Assembly (NCBI GenBank): GCA_020725405.1
Contig: DYFB01000015.1
Coordinates: 32,157-96,156 of the forward strand
Direction: 5' to 3'
Origin: Symbiobacterium sp.
Lineage (GTDB): Bacteria > Bacillota > Sulfobacillia > UBA995 > UBA9673
Length of the DNA stretch: 64,000 nucleotides
Under the pieces are notes generated by a model, which saw only the letters and a list, made by a program, of their open reading frames with translations, had not been told where the DNA came from and searched no databases. This document shows, piece after piece, positions 17,931-27,252 of the stretch. A program made the position numbers and the translations under genes. Within the stretch, counting starts at the first letter, position 1. Each line of letters opens with the position of its first letter.

Positions 17931-19787
17931 GTGGTTGAGCGGCCGGCCTCCGTGGTCAAGGAGCTCGTGGAGAACGCCCTGGACGCGGGAGCCTGTCGCA
18001 TCGATGTCGAGATAGAGGATGGCGGGCTCTCACTGGTCAAGGTGGCCGACGACGGCGAGGGGATGGACGCCGCCGACGCCCGCCTGGCCTTCGAACGACA
18101 CGCAACGAGCAAGCTTGTCCACCCCGATGACCTCGCCGGAGTCACGACCTTCGGCTTCCGAGGCGAGGCCCTGCCGTCCATCGGGTCGGTCAGCCGGGTT
18201 AGGCTCCTTACCGGCCGGGAAGACTCGGGCGAGGGCACCGAGGTTACCTGGGAGGGAGGGCGCCTCGTGGGGGTGCGCCCCGGACCCGCCCGGACGGGCA
18301 CGGTGGTCTGGGTGCGCGATCTCTTCTTCAACACCCCTGCGCGGCGGCGGGCCATGCGCTCGCCGTCGGCCGAGGCGGCACGGGTGAGCGAAGTTCTCGC
18401 TTCCGCGGCTCTGGCCGCGCCGGGCGTGGCGGTCAGTCTGACGAGCGACGGGCGCTTCGCGTGGGCCACACCTGGAACCGGCCGGGTCGAAGACGCGGCG
18501 GCCGGTGTCTTCGGCGGGGGCTTCGTCCGGGACATGGTGACCGTGGACCGGACGACCGGGGAGGTGAGGGTGAGCGGTCTTGTCGGCCTCCCGAGGGTCT
18601 CGCGGCGGGATGGCCGGCGCCAGTATCTCTCATGCAACGGGCGGCCGATAGCCCCCCAGCTCCTCCGGCGGGCCGTGGAGGGCGCCTACACCGGCCTCCT
18701 CGAGTCGGGTCGGACACCGGTATTCGTTCTGGACGTGCGCCTCGCGGCCGGTGAGGTGGACGTAAACCTCCACCCGGCCAAGACCTTCATCCGCTTCCGC
18801 GACCATGGCTCCGTGCACCGGGCCGTGGCCGCGGCCGTCAGCCAGGCCCTGGCCGGGGCCGACCTCATGGCCTCCGGGCTCGCGTCCGCGGCCCGCCGGG
18901 ACGGCCGCCGGGGCTCTCACGGACTCGCGGGGACCCGGCCGGACTTTCGGCCCGACCTCTGGGGGCCGGCCGACCACGCCCTCTGGGCCGCCGCAACAAC
19001 GGGGGGGAGACCGCCGGGCGGAGTGGGGGAGGGCTCGACCCCGCTCCACCCTCAAGAGACCACGGGAGGCGCCGTCACGCCTGAGGCCGCCTCGACCGGC
19101 CGCCGACCCACCGGAGACCCGGGGGAGACGGTCCTTCCCGTCCTCGAGCCTCTCGGGCAGGTGGCGGAGACCTTCATCGTCGCTCGTGGTCCGGACGGTC
19201 TCTACGTCGTCGACCAGCACGCCGCGCATGAGAGGATCATCTACGAACGCCTGCTCTCCCGCCTGACCGGCGGGAGAGAGGAGATCGCGGCCGGGCGGGA
19301 CGGGGAGGATGGCCCGGTCGCCAGTCCGTCGTCGCAGATCCTGGCGGTTCCGGTGACTCTGGACCTCGCTCCCGGAGAGGCGGAGGCCGTCTCGCGCAGC
19401 TTGGGTTTCCTGCGGGCGGTCGGCTTCGACCTCGAGTCATTCGGCGGCCGGACCGTCGTCATCCGGGCCGTCCCGGCGCCCCTGACGGGAGTCCCGCCGG
19501 CACGCCTGGTGACCGACTTCCTCGACCGGCTTGATGAGGAGGAGCGCTCCTGTCCGGGTCCGTCGGCCCGGCGGGGGCTCGAGGTCGGCTTCGACGAGGC
19601 CCGAGCCCTGAGGGCGATGGCGGCCTGCCGGGCGGCCCTCAAGGCCGGAGAACCCCTCTCGCCCGAGACGATGCTGGCCCTGCTTCAGGACCTCGCCGCG
19701 ACAACCGAACCGCGGACCTGCCCGCACGGGCGCCCGACCGTCCTCCGAATCGGCCTTGAGGACCTCAGAAGAGAGTTCAGCCGGTGA
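17931..19787 (+). CDS. mutL: DNA mismatch repair protein MutL, from the canonical GTG start. The conserved N-terminus continues in-frame ~19 codons further upstream with no canonical start codon.
   Basis: The GHKL ATPase motifs VVERPASVVKELVENALDAG are present. The in-frame upstream translation [17 protein letters not shown] aligns to the E. coli/B. subtilis MutL N-terminus, so true initiation is probably near 17874 (ACG) or 17883 (ATA), both downstream of the strong SD GGAGGTGA at 17859-17866. Confidence 0.85.
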   Translation: MVERPASVVKELVENALDAGACRIDVEIEDGGLSLVKVADDGEGMDAADARLAFERHATSKLVHPDDLAGVTTFGFRGEALPSIGSVSRVRLLTGREDSGEGTEVTWEGGRLVGVRPGPARTGTVVWVRDLFFNTPARRRAMRSPSAEAARVSEVLASAALAAPGVAVSLTSDGRFAWATPGTGRVEDAAAGVFGGGFVRDMVTVDRTTGEVRVSGLVGLPRVSRRDGRRQYLSCNGRPIAPQLLRRAVEGAYTGLLESGRTPVFVLDVRLAAGEVDVNLHPAKTFIRFRDHGSVHRAVAAAVSQALAGADLMASGLASAARRDGRRGSHGLAGTRPDFRPDLWGPADHALWAAATTGGRPPGGVGEGSTPLHPQETTGGAVTPEAASTGRRPTGDPGETVLPVLEPLGQVAETFIVARGPDGLYVVDQHAAHERIIYERLLSRLTGGREEIAAGRDGEDGPVASPSSQILAVPVTLDLAPGEAEAVSRSLGFLRAVGFDLESFGGRTVVIRAVPAPLTGVPPARLVTDFLDRLDEEERSCPGPSARRGLEVGFDEARALRAMAACRAALKAGEPLSPETMLALLQDLAATTEPRTCPHGRPTVLRIGLEDLRREFSR

Positions 19788-20725
19788 TTCTGGTCATCAC
19801 CGGACCGACGGCGGTCGGGAAGACCGAGGTGACCCTGGCTCTGGCGCATCGGCTGGAAGGCGAGGTGGTCTCGGCCGACTCGATGCAGGTGTACCGCTTC
19901 ATGGATATCGGCACCGCCAAGCCCTCGCCGGAGGAGCGGGCCGCCGTCCCGCACCACCTCATCGATATCGTCGACCCGGACGAGCCGTTCAGTGTCGCCG
20001 ACTGGGTCGCCCTCGCCCGGTTACGGCTTGAGGAGATCGCCGCTCGGGCTCGGACACCGCTGGTTTCCGGCGGAACCCCACTTTACCTCGAAGCCCTGTT
20101 CGGGCGGTTCGCCCTACCCGAAGGCGCCGCCCCTGACCCGGCCCTCCGGAGACGGCTCGGCAGGTTGGCCTCGACCTACGGTCCGCTCTACCTCCACCGC
20201 AAGCTCCAGGCTGTGGACCCGCCGGCCGCCCGACGCATCCATCCGTCCGACCTCAAACGCACCATAAGAGCTCTGGAGGTGTACCTTACTACGGGACGAC
20301 CGCTGTCGCGCCTGGAGCGGCTCGGGCGAGCGCCATCCGGGTCGGCCGGCGGGGGGAGAGGGGAGACCCCCTTCTTCTTCGGACTCTGGCGGCCGCGCAC
20401 GGAACTGGCGGCCCGGATAGAGGAGCGCGTCCGGGCCATGGTCAGACGCGGGCTCGTGGGTGAGGTGGAGCGCCTCCTCGCCCGGGGCTACGGGCCCGAC
20501 CTTCCTTCGATGCAGGCCGTCGGGTATAAGGAGATCGCCGCCTACATCGGCGGGCGCACCAGTCTCGAGGAGGCGTTGGCGTCCGTGGTCCGGAACACCC
20601 GGCGGCTAGCCAAGCGGCAGATGACCTGGCTCAAGGCGGACCCACGTATACGCTGGCTCAGAGCGGGTATGAATACGCAGGATACCGTGGAAGATATTGT
20701 TACCTCTCTGGGAGGAAAGGCATGA
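19784..20725 (+). CDS. miaA: tRNA dimethylallyltransferase MiaA
   Basis: P-loop GPTAVGKT and motif [16 protein letters not shown] identify it. GTG 19784 overlaps the mutL stop. Confidence 0.9.
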   Translation: MILVITGPTAVGKTEVTLALAHRLEGEVVSADSMQVYRFMDIGTAKPSPEERAAVPHHLIDIVDPDEPFSVADWVALARLRLEEIAARARTPLVSGGTPLYLEALFGRFALPEGAAPDPALRRRLGRLASTYGPLYLHRKLQAVDPPAARRIHPSDLKRTIRALEVYLTTGRPLSRLERLGRAPSGSAGGGRGETPFFFGLWRPRTELAARIEERVRAMVRRGLVGEVERLLARGYGPDLPSMQAVGYKEIAAYIGGRTSLEEALASVVRNTRRLAKRQMTWLKADPRIRWLRAGMNTQDTVEDIVTSLGGKA

Positions 20726-20787
20726 GCGGCCAACGAATGCTTGTCCCCGCGCACGGCCAGCGAAGCTTGAGGAGAGATACAAGGATA

Positions 20788-21054
20788 ATGGCGAGAACCC
20801 TGACGAACCTCCAGGACGCGGTCCTGAACCAGATCCGCAAGGAGAACATACCCGTTACGGTCTATCTCGTGAACGGGGTGCAGCTGAAGGGAGTCATCAG
20901 GGCCTTCGACAACTTCACCGTCCTCCTCGAGTACGAGGGCAAGCAGCTCATGGTCTACAAGCACGCCATCTCGACGGTCAGTCCGGTCAAGGCCGTAAAC
21001 TACTCAGCCGGGGCTGAGCGGCGGCCCGCCGGACCCGAGCCCCCGAACGGCTGA
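20788..21054 (+). CDS. hfq: RNA chaperone Hfq (with short C-terminal extension)
   Basis: Sm1/Sm2 motifs [56 protein letters not shown] are present. ATG 20788 was chosen over the longer ORF (20722) by homology. Confidence 0.9.
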   Translation: MARTLTNLQDAVLNQIRKENIPVTVYLVNGVQLKGVIRAFDNFTVLLEYEGKQLMVYKHAISTVSPVKAVNYSAGAERRPAGPEPPNG

Positions 21055-21238
21055 TCCGGCGGGCCAGCCAGTTTTATCCTAACGCCCCGCTTCGGCCGGC
21101 GTCCGGGCTCCACGCCAAGGGCTACTTCCACACTTCCCCCCACTAGCTGCGTATTATGTACGGCCGCCCGGCGGATTTCCTGCCGCGGCTGCGAAGGTTT
21201 CCAGGAGAGACGCGGCGTCCGCAGCCGCGGGGGGACGC

Positions 21239-22261
21239 ATGACGAGACCATTCGGGAGGCCTGTCCCGTCCGGGCGCCACAGGCCCGGCGGAGCGCTGGT
21301 CGATGATGTGATGGGTCGCCTCGAGCGGGGTGAGACAACCCCGGGCGAGGCCTTTCGAGCTTTCCGGCTAACTACGTCAGAGGCCGACGCCAGGGGGCAG
21401 AGCCTGGAGCCGGCCGGGGACCAGAAGCTTCACGAGACCTTCGAGGAGCTTGACGCCCTCGTCGGGCTGACCAGCGTGAAGAGGCTCGTCCGGGAGCTTC
21501 ACGCCTTCATCGTCATCCAGCGCCAGCGCAGGCTCGAGGGGCTGGCGACGGAACCTCTTGTCCTCCACATGATCTTCAAGGGCAACCCCGGGACGGGGAA
21601 GACAACGGTCGCCCGCATTCTCGGACGGGTTCTCAGGACGAGCGGCGTGCTGCAGAAGGGCCACCTCGTGGAGTGCGAGCGGGCCGATCTCGTCGGCGAG
21701 TACATCGGCCACACCGCCCAGAAGACCCGTGAGCAGATAAGAAGGGCCCTAGGCGGCATCCTCTTCGTCGACGAGGGCTATTCGCTGGCCCGCGGGGGTG
21801 ATAAGGACTTCGGTAAGGAAGCTATCGATACCCTGGTCAAGGCCATGGAGGACCACAAGGACGAGCTCGTGGTCATCCTGGCCGGGTACCGCAACGAAAT
21901 GCAGCAGTTCATCGAGTCCAATCCGGGTCTCAAGTCGCGGTTCCCTATCCAGATAGACTTCCCTGACTTCAGCTTGGAGGAGCTGATGGAGATAGCGGAC
22001 CGCATGCTGAAGCAGCGCCAGTACACCCTGACCCCCGAGGCAAGACAGGCCGTGCGAACCCGGCTCCTGTGTCACCGCCGCCTCCCCTACGGAGACGAGA
22101 ACGCCGGAAACGCAAGGCTCGTCCGGAATCTCATCGAGCGGGCCATCCGCCGCCAGGCCCTCCGGCTTGTGTCGCGCCCCTCGGTCTCGCGGTCCGACCT
22201 CCTTACCATCGAGGCCTGCGATGTCGCCGACGACAGTGAGACAGGACCTGACCCGACTTGA
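21239..22261 (+). CDS. spoVK: Stage V sporulation protein K (AAA+ ATPase, CbbX/SpoVK family)
   Basis: MIFKGNPGTGKTTVARILG...ILFVDEGYSLARGGDKDFGKEAIDTLVKAMEDHKDELVVILAGY...SRFP matches SpoVK nearly motif-for-motif. Confidence 0.85.
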   Translation: MTRPFGRPVPSGRHRPGGALVDDVMGRLERGETTPGEAFRAFRLTTSEADARGQSLEPAGDQKLHETFEELDALVGLTSVKRLVRELHAFIVIQRQRRLEGLATEPLVLHMIFKGNPGTGKTTVARILGRVLRTSGVLQKGHLVECERADLVGEYIGHTAQKTREQIRRALGGILFVDEGYSLARGGDKDFGKEAIDTLVKAMEDHKDELVVILAGYRNEMQQFIESNPGLKSRFPIQIDFPDFSLEELMEIADRMLKQRQYTLTPEARQAVRTRLLCHRRLPYGDENAGNARLVRNLIERAIRRQALRLVSRPSVSRSDLLTIEACDVADDSETGPDPT

Positions 22262-22842
22262 AGGAGGCACTGGTCATTGGGAGACCCAACGTCGGGAAGA
22301 CCCTGTTCACGGTGAACTTCGCCGAGCACCTCGGCCAGAAGCGTCTGGAGGTCATGTTCCGGCCCCGGGACGGGGCGACCTACACCCGGGTCTACTCCAT
22401 CGCCGGGGCTCGCGCCGACCTCGTCGGAGAGGGACTCCACCGCACTCTCGGTCTTCAGTCGGTCGTCCTCCGGGTCCCGAAAGGCAAGTCCGTCCGTCGG
22501 GTGGTCCTCACTGACAGCACCGGCCTCATCGACGACGTCCACCCGTCCTCGGTCGTCCGGCGGGCCATGGCCGACACCATCCGAGCGGTCAGCGAGGCCC
22601 ACCTCATCCTGCATCTCGTCGATCCTGTCGAGGGCGTCACCGGGGTGGATCTAGACATCCTGCGCTACGGGAAGACCCACGACGGCTACGCCGTCCTGGC
22701 CAACAAGGTGGACCTGCCCGGGCGGGCCGACCGGATTGCCGAGCTTTCCCGGTTGGCCACGCCCAGTCCGGTCTTCCCCGTCTCGGCCCTCCGCGGGACG
22801 GGTTTTCGGGAGGTCAGAGGGTTTGTCCGCAGGTGCCTTTAG
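22258..22842 (+). CDS. Small P-loop GTPase (MMR_HSR1/Era-like G domain only)
   Basis: G1 is GRPNVGKT, G3 is DSTG and G4 is NKVD. TTG 22258 overlaps the spoVK stop, suggesting translational coupling. An AAGGAGG inside the first codons makes the exact start uncertain. Confidence 0.6.
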   Translation: MKEALVIGRPNVGKTLFTVNFAEHLGQKRLEVMFRPRDGATYTRVYSIAGARADLVGEGLHRTLGLQSVVLRVPKGKSVRRVVLTDSTGLIDDVHPSSVVRRAMADTIRAVSEAHLILHLVDPVEGVTGVDLDILRYGKTHDGYAVLANKVDLPGRADRIAELSRLATPSPVFPVSALRGTGFREVRGFVRRCL

Positions 22843-22873
22843 CCTCGACCCGGCGGCCGCGGTGGGAGCGTTC

Positions 22874-23815
22874 ATGGCCGGAGGCGGCGTGGGCCTGGCC
22901 GTCTTTCTGACGGCTCTGACCGTCAAGGCCCTCGACGACCTCATCGACGAACCGGAGGGGCTCCTCTGGATGTCCGACGTCACCCGGGTGTTCGCCTACA
23001 GTCTCCTTTTCCTGGTCGCGGCCGCCGGCGTGGCTCCCGGAGCGACGGTGTCTCTCTTCCTCTGCGCCTACGCCCTCGGGATGGCCCCCACGCCCGGAGA
23101 GCGCCTCCCATCCGGCCTTCCCTCCTGGGCCGAGAGCCTGGGCGCCGTGCTCTTCGCCGCTCTTGTGACCGGACCGCTCGAGACCGCCGGCTCGCTCCTG
23201 CTCCTCGCGGGCATCCAGGTTGTCGACGACCTCTGGGATGTCGAGCGGGACCGGTCGGCTGGCACGGCCAACATCGCTCTCGCCGTGGGCCGCCGTGCGG
23301 CGGCGGCCCTCGCCGTGCTCTTCTTCGCCGGTGCGCTCCTGCTCTCACCGCCCAAGGCCCTGGCCGGGGCGGTCATGGCCGCCTGGCTCGTCTTCGGGCC
23401 CGGGCCTGCCCTGGGCCCGGTCCTCGGGTCCGGACGCGGGGAGGCCGTGTCCGTGGGGGTCGGGACTTGCACCGGCGGGGCCCGTGGCCAGCGGTCGCCC
23501 TTCGGCGCCGCCGCGGCCGGTGTCGCTTCCGTCACCTTGGCCGGTCTCGCGGCCGTCGTCCGGCCGGCCGGGTTCACCTTCTCCGGGGTGACCGCCCTCG
23601 GCGACCCTCAGCCGTGGCTCGGGGGGGTCATCCCGCTCGGCGGGGGCTCCTGGTTCATCTGGTTCGGGAGCCTGGCCCTGGCCGCCGCGGCCACCTCCGG
23701 CCTTCTTCTGGCCTACCGCCGCGGTCACGCGGCCGGCCTGTCCCGCGGCCGCGCCGCCCGTGAGGCTCTGAACCACCTGATGCGGCGGGCCGGACGCCTC
23801 GAACGGGACCTGTAG
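22874..23815 (+). CDS. Polytopic membrane protein with two Asp-rich DDLxD motifs, possibly UbiA prenyltransferase-like
   Basis: About 8 hydrophobic helices are visible, with motifs ALDDLIDEPEG and VVDDLWDVERD in predicted loops. Start ATG 22874 (or GTG 22862) was chosen to avoid a 100-nt overlap with the GTPase. Confidence 0.45.
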   Translation: MAGGGVGLAVFLTALTVKALDDLIDEPEGLLWMSDVTRVFAYSLLFLVAAAGVAPGATVSLFLCAYALGMAPTPGERLPSGLPSWAESLGAVLFAALVTGPLETAGSLLLLAGIQVVDDLWDVERDRSAGTANIALAVGRRAAAALAVLFFAGALLLSPPKALAGAVMAAWLVFGPGPALGPVLGSGRGEAVSVGVGTCTGGARGQRSPFGAAAAGVASVTLAGLAAVVRPAGFTFSGVTALGDPQPWLGGVIPLGGGSWFIWFGSLALAAAATSGLLLAYRRGHAAGLSRGRAAREALNHLMRRAGRLERDL

Positions 23816-23895
23816 GGCTCCTCGGGGGACTCGCCGGGGCGCTGCCCAAGGGGTCCGGCCGCGCAGGCTCTGCTCTCTGACCGGCCTGCCTCTGG

Positions 23896-23925
23896 TTGTG
23901 GGCTTGGGGCGCTGGACGGTATAAT
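23896..23925 (+). promoter_or_regulatory. Sigma-A-type promoter TTGTGG -18 bp- TATAAT positioned 8 nt before the hflX ATG (leaderless or near-leaderless mRNA)
   Basis: Motifs read directly. No SD lies between the -10 and ATG 23934. Confidence 0.4.
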
Positions 23926-23933
23926 GAGGCGCG

Positions 23934-25346
23934 ATGAACACCGACGCTGCCGATACCCGCTCATTCGCGCCCGAAGACGCCCTCGACGCTTCCGTGCCCT
24001 CCGACCCGGCCGCCGTCCCCGCGGCGCGGGACCAGCGGCCGCTCGAAACGACTCGGGGCACCCCCCGGGTTATCCTCGTCGGCCTGGACGACGCCGGACC
24101 CGAGGGGCCGGGGGCTGAGGAGTCACTGCAGGAGCTCGCCCTGCTCGTCGAGACGTGGGGAGGAGAGGTCGCGGGCTCGCTCGTCCAGCCCCGCCGGGAG
24201 CCCGACCCGGCCTGGTACGTCGGGCGCGGGAAGGTCAAGGAAATCGACGAACTCGCCCGGCGGCGGAGGGCCGACTTCGTCGTTACCGACACCGAGCTCA
24301 GCCCGGTGCAGCTGCGGAATCTCGAACGGGAGCTCGCCGTGGACGTCCTTGACCGGACCCAGGTCATCCTCGAGATCTTCGCCCGCCGGGCGCACAGCCG
24401 CGAGGGGAAGCTTCAGGTGGAGCTGGCCCGGGCCGTCTACGCCCTCCCGCGCCTGACCGGGAAGGGCGTCGTCCTCTCCAGGCTGGGCGGGGGCATCGGA
24501 ACCCGGGGACCGGGTGAGACGAAGCTTGAGGTAGACCGGAGGCGTCTGCGGGAGAGAATCGCCACCCTGCGCCGTGAGATCCGGGAGGTCGGCCGCCGCC
24601 GGGACATCCAGGCCCGGGAGAGACGCGAGGCCCTCCTACCTCTGGCCGCCCTGGTCGGGTACACCAACGCCGGCAAGTCGAGCCTCTTCAACCGTCTGAC
24701 CGGCTCCTCCGTCTTCGTCGAGGACCGCCTTTTCGCCACCCTGGACCCGGTAGTCCGCAGACTGGAGCTTCCGGGCGGTCAGACGATGCTCCTCAGCGAT
24801 ACCGTCGGCTTCGTCCGGAAGCTCCCTCACCATCTCATCGCCGCCTTCCGGGCCACGCTGGACGAGGTCAGAGAGGCCGATATCCTCCTTCACGTCATCG
24901 ACGCCTCGAACCCGGGGTGGCCCGACCAGGCCCGGGCGGCCGAGGATGTCCTCGCCGACATAGGGGTGGCCGCCTCTCCCGTTATCTACGTTCTCAACAA
25001 GATCGACCGCCTGGCCGGCGGCCCGTCGGAGGCCGAGGCGACGGCGGCGGCCGCCGAGCTCGGCCGCCGGGCCAAGGTCGTGAGCCTCTCGGCCCTGACC
25101 GGCCAGGGGGTGGAGGACCTCCTTCGGGTTCTCAGCGGCGAGCTCGCCTCGCGGCGGAGGGTCTTCCGCCTTCAGGTCCCCTACGACCGGTCCGACCTTC
25201 TGCCGCTCCTGCACGACCGGGGGCGTGTCCTGCGCAAGGAGTACACCGGTGACGGCGTCATCCTCGAGGTCGAGCTCGAGTCGGTCCTGGGACGCCGCGT
25301 CCAGGCCTCGCTCAACGACGGTCGATGGGAGGGAGGCGGCTCTTGA
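23934..25346 (+). CDS. hflX: GTPase HflX
   Basis: The HflX N-domain is followed by the G domain (GYTNAGKSSLFNRLTG, DTVGF, NKID). The position after spoVK mirrors B. subtilis spoVK-ynbA. Confidence 0.9.
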   Translation: MNTDAADTRSFAPEDALDASVPSDPAAVPAARDQRPLETTRGTPRVILVGLDDAGPEGPGAEESLQELALLVETWGGEVAGSLVQPRREPDPAWYVGRGKVKEIDELARRRRADFVVTDTELSPVQLRNLERELAVDVLDRTQVILEIFARRAHSREGKLQVELARAVYALPRLTGKGVVLSRLGGGIGTRGPGETKLEVDRRRLRERIATLRREIREVGRRRDIQARERREALLPLAALVGYTNAGKSSLFNRLTGSSVFVEDRLFATLDPVVRRLELPGGQTMLLSDTVGFVRKLPHHLIAAFRATLDEVREADILLHVIDASNPGWPDQARAAEDVLADIGVAASPVIYVLNKIDRLAGGPSEAEATAAAAELGRRAKVVSLSALTGQGVEDLLRVLSGELASRRRVFRLQVPYDRSDLLPLLHDRGRVLRKEYTGDGVILEVELESVLGRRVQASLNDGRWEGGGS

Positions 25347-25834
25347 CGACCAGGCCGCCGGGAGAGGCGCCCGCGGCCGTCTCCCTCAGAGAGATCGACG
25401 GCGCGAACTGGCTGGAATGCGTGCGGCTGACCGTGTCCGAGGGCCAGAAGGGTATGGTGGCCACCAACGCCTTTTCCCTCTGCCAGGCCCGCTACGAGCC
25501 GGGCTGGAAGCCGCTCGCCGTGTACGAGAAGGACCGCATGGTGGGGTTTGTCATGTTCTCGGAGACCGCTCATCCGGAGTGGGGGTACTGGATCGTCCGG
25601 CTGATGATCGACAAGGCCCACCAGGGCCGCGGCCTCGGCCGGGCCACCCTCGTTGAGGTCCTCCGGCTGATGGCCGAGAAGCCCGATTGCCACGAGGTCT
25701 TCATCAGCCACCACCCGGAGAACAAGGCCGCCGACCGTCTCTACAGCTCGCGTGGGTTCGTGAGGACGGGGACCGTTCTCGACAACGGCGAGGTCGTCCG
25801 GGTCTGCCGGGCGCTCCAACCGGAGCCCCGCTAG
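25343..25834 (+). CDS. GNAT family N-acetyltransferase
   Basis: The acetyl-CoA binding motif QGRGLGRATL is in the RLMIDKAHQGRGLG context. TTG 25343 has GGGAGGGAGG 6 nt upstream and overlaps the hflX stop. ATG 25325 is an alternative. Confidence 0.75.
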   Translation: MTTRPPGEAPAAVSLREIDGANWLECVRLTVSEGQKGMVATNAFSLCQARYEPGWKPLAVYEKDRMVGFVMFSETAHPEWGYWIVRLMIDKAHQGRGLGRATLVEVLRLMAEKPDCHEVFISHHPENKAADRLYSSRGFVRTGTVLDNGEVVRVCRALQPEPR

Positions 25835-27105
25835 TCTCCGGCTCCGGGGGGCTCCGCTCCCGTTCCCGCCGGATCGGGGAAGACGTGGGCGGCCGTCGCC
25901 GCCTCAGGCGGCCAGATGGTCTCGTGTCTACCCCCGAGCACCTGGAGGATGACCGGGTTCATTGTCGCCTGGTTCTTGTACTTACCGAAGGACTCGAACC
26001 GGATGGGTCCGTAGACGGTCATTAGGCCGGTGTCGACCAGGGCCACCCGCAGGCGTTCGGGGTCCGTCGAGGCCGCTCGCTCCAGGACGTCGGCGGCGAC
26101 GCGCACCGCGGCGTAGGCCTGTGCGGCGTGATAGGTCGGGTACTGCCCGTAGCGGGCCCGGTAGGTCTCCGCGAACTCAGCCGTTCCCGGATAGCGCAGG
26201 GTTGGGGCCCAGGGCGCGACCGCGACGACGTGCTCGGCTGCCGGGCCGGCCTCGAGAATGAACTCCGGCAGAGCGAAACCGCCAGCCGCTCCGGCGAAGA
26301 GGCGGGCGGTCACCCCTTGTGCTCTCGCCTGCCGGACCAGCAGGGAGGCGTCCATGAGGTAGGAGACCATGAAGACGACGTCCGGGCGGCTCCCTTTGAT
26401 CCGCGCGAGGATAGGAGTGAAGTCGTCGATGTCTGGGTCGTAGCTCTGGTAGACGGGGACGTCGATCCAATTCTCCCAGCACCAGTTCCGCATAGCCCGG
26501 GCGGCGCTGGCCCCGAACTCGCCGCTCTCGTAGATGATGGCCACGGCTCGGGGCTTGACGACCTCTTTCAGAAAGCCGGTCAGGCCCAGGGCGAGGAGAC
26601 CGGCGGGCGGGTTCAGGCGGAAGACGTAGCGCCAGTCGTTTTGGGTTATCCCGTCGGCCGCGGCGCTGTCGATGAGGTACGGCACGCCGTACTTCTGGGC
26701 CACGCCGGCAACGGCCAGGCTGGCGGCTGAGGAGTACTCGCCGATGAGGAAGGTCACCCCGGATCCGGTTATCATCTCCTCGGCGAGAGCGGCGGCCGAG
26801 CCGGGCTCCCCGCCGGTGTCCCGGATGAGGAGGACTAGGGGGCGTCCGTCGACGCCGCCGCCGGCGTTGATCTCCTCGGCCGCCATCTCGTAGGCGTTCC
26901 GCTTCACCTGCCCGACGACGGCCTGGACCCCGGTGAGGGGGAGGGGGACCCCGATGGTGATGGGCCCGCCCTCGAAGGCGGGGTGCAGCTCCGACCGCCT
27001 CCAGGCGCATCCGGCCGGGGCGGGAGCAAGGGTCGCCGCCAGGACGGCCGAGGAGACGAGGGCCACGAGCGCCCGCGGCCTCCTTCCGGATCCTGGGCCG
27101 GCCAC
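25831..27105 (-). CDS. ABC transporter substrate-binding lipoprotein, branched-chain amino acid (Liv) type-1 PBP family. It is an orphan, with no adjacent permease or ATPase.
   Basis: GVPLPLTGVQAVVGQVKRNAYEMAAEEINAGGGVDGRPL is the LivJ-like fold signature. The signal peptide is MAGPGSGRRPRALVALVSSAVLAATLAPAPAGC, which has RR in the n-region and a lipobox-like Cys. GTG 27105 has GGAGGA 6 nt upstream, and the longer ORF to 27558 was rejected. Confidence 0.75.
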   Translation of the reverse strand: MAGPGSGRRPRALVALVSSAVLAATLAPAPAGCAWRRSELHPAFEGGPITIGVPLPLTGVQAVVGQVKRNAYEMAAEEINAGGGVDGRPLVLLIRDTGGEPGSAAALAEEMITGSGVTFLIGEYSSAASLAVAGVAQKYGVPYLIDSAAADGITQNDWRYVFRLNPPAGLLALGLTGFLKEVVKPRAVAIIYESGEFGASAARAMRNWCWENWIDVPVYQSYDPDIDDFTPILARIKGSRPDVVFMVSYLMDASLLVRQARAQGVTARLFAGAAGGFALPEFILEAGPAAEHVVAVAPWAPTLRYPGTAEFAETYRARYGQYPTYHAAQAYAAVRVAADVLERAASTDPERLRVALVDTGLMTVYGPIRFESFGKYKNQATMNPVILQVLGGRHETIWPPEAATAAHVFPDPAGTGAEPPGAGD

Positions 27106-27252
27106 TAGCACTCCTCCCCCCGGCGGGGCGACAGGGCCCCGGGCCCGGCCATCGGAAGGGTTGCCGGGCCTGACACGTAGAAAGCTATGTCCGGCGCGAC
27201 GGGAACTTGACACCCGGAGGACGGTCATCCGGCGGATGGGCGGTGGGAGGGC

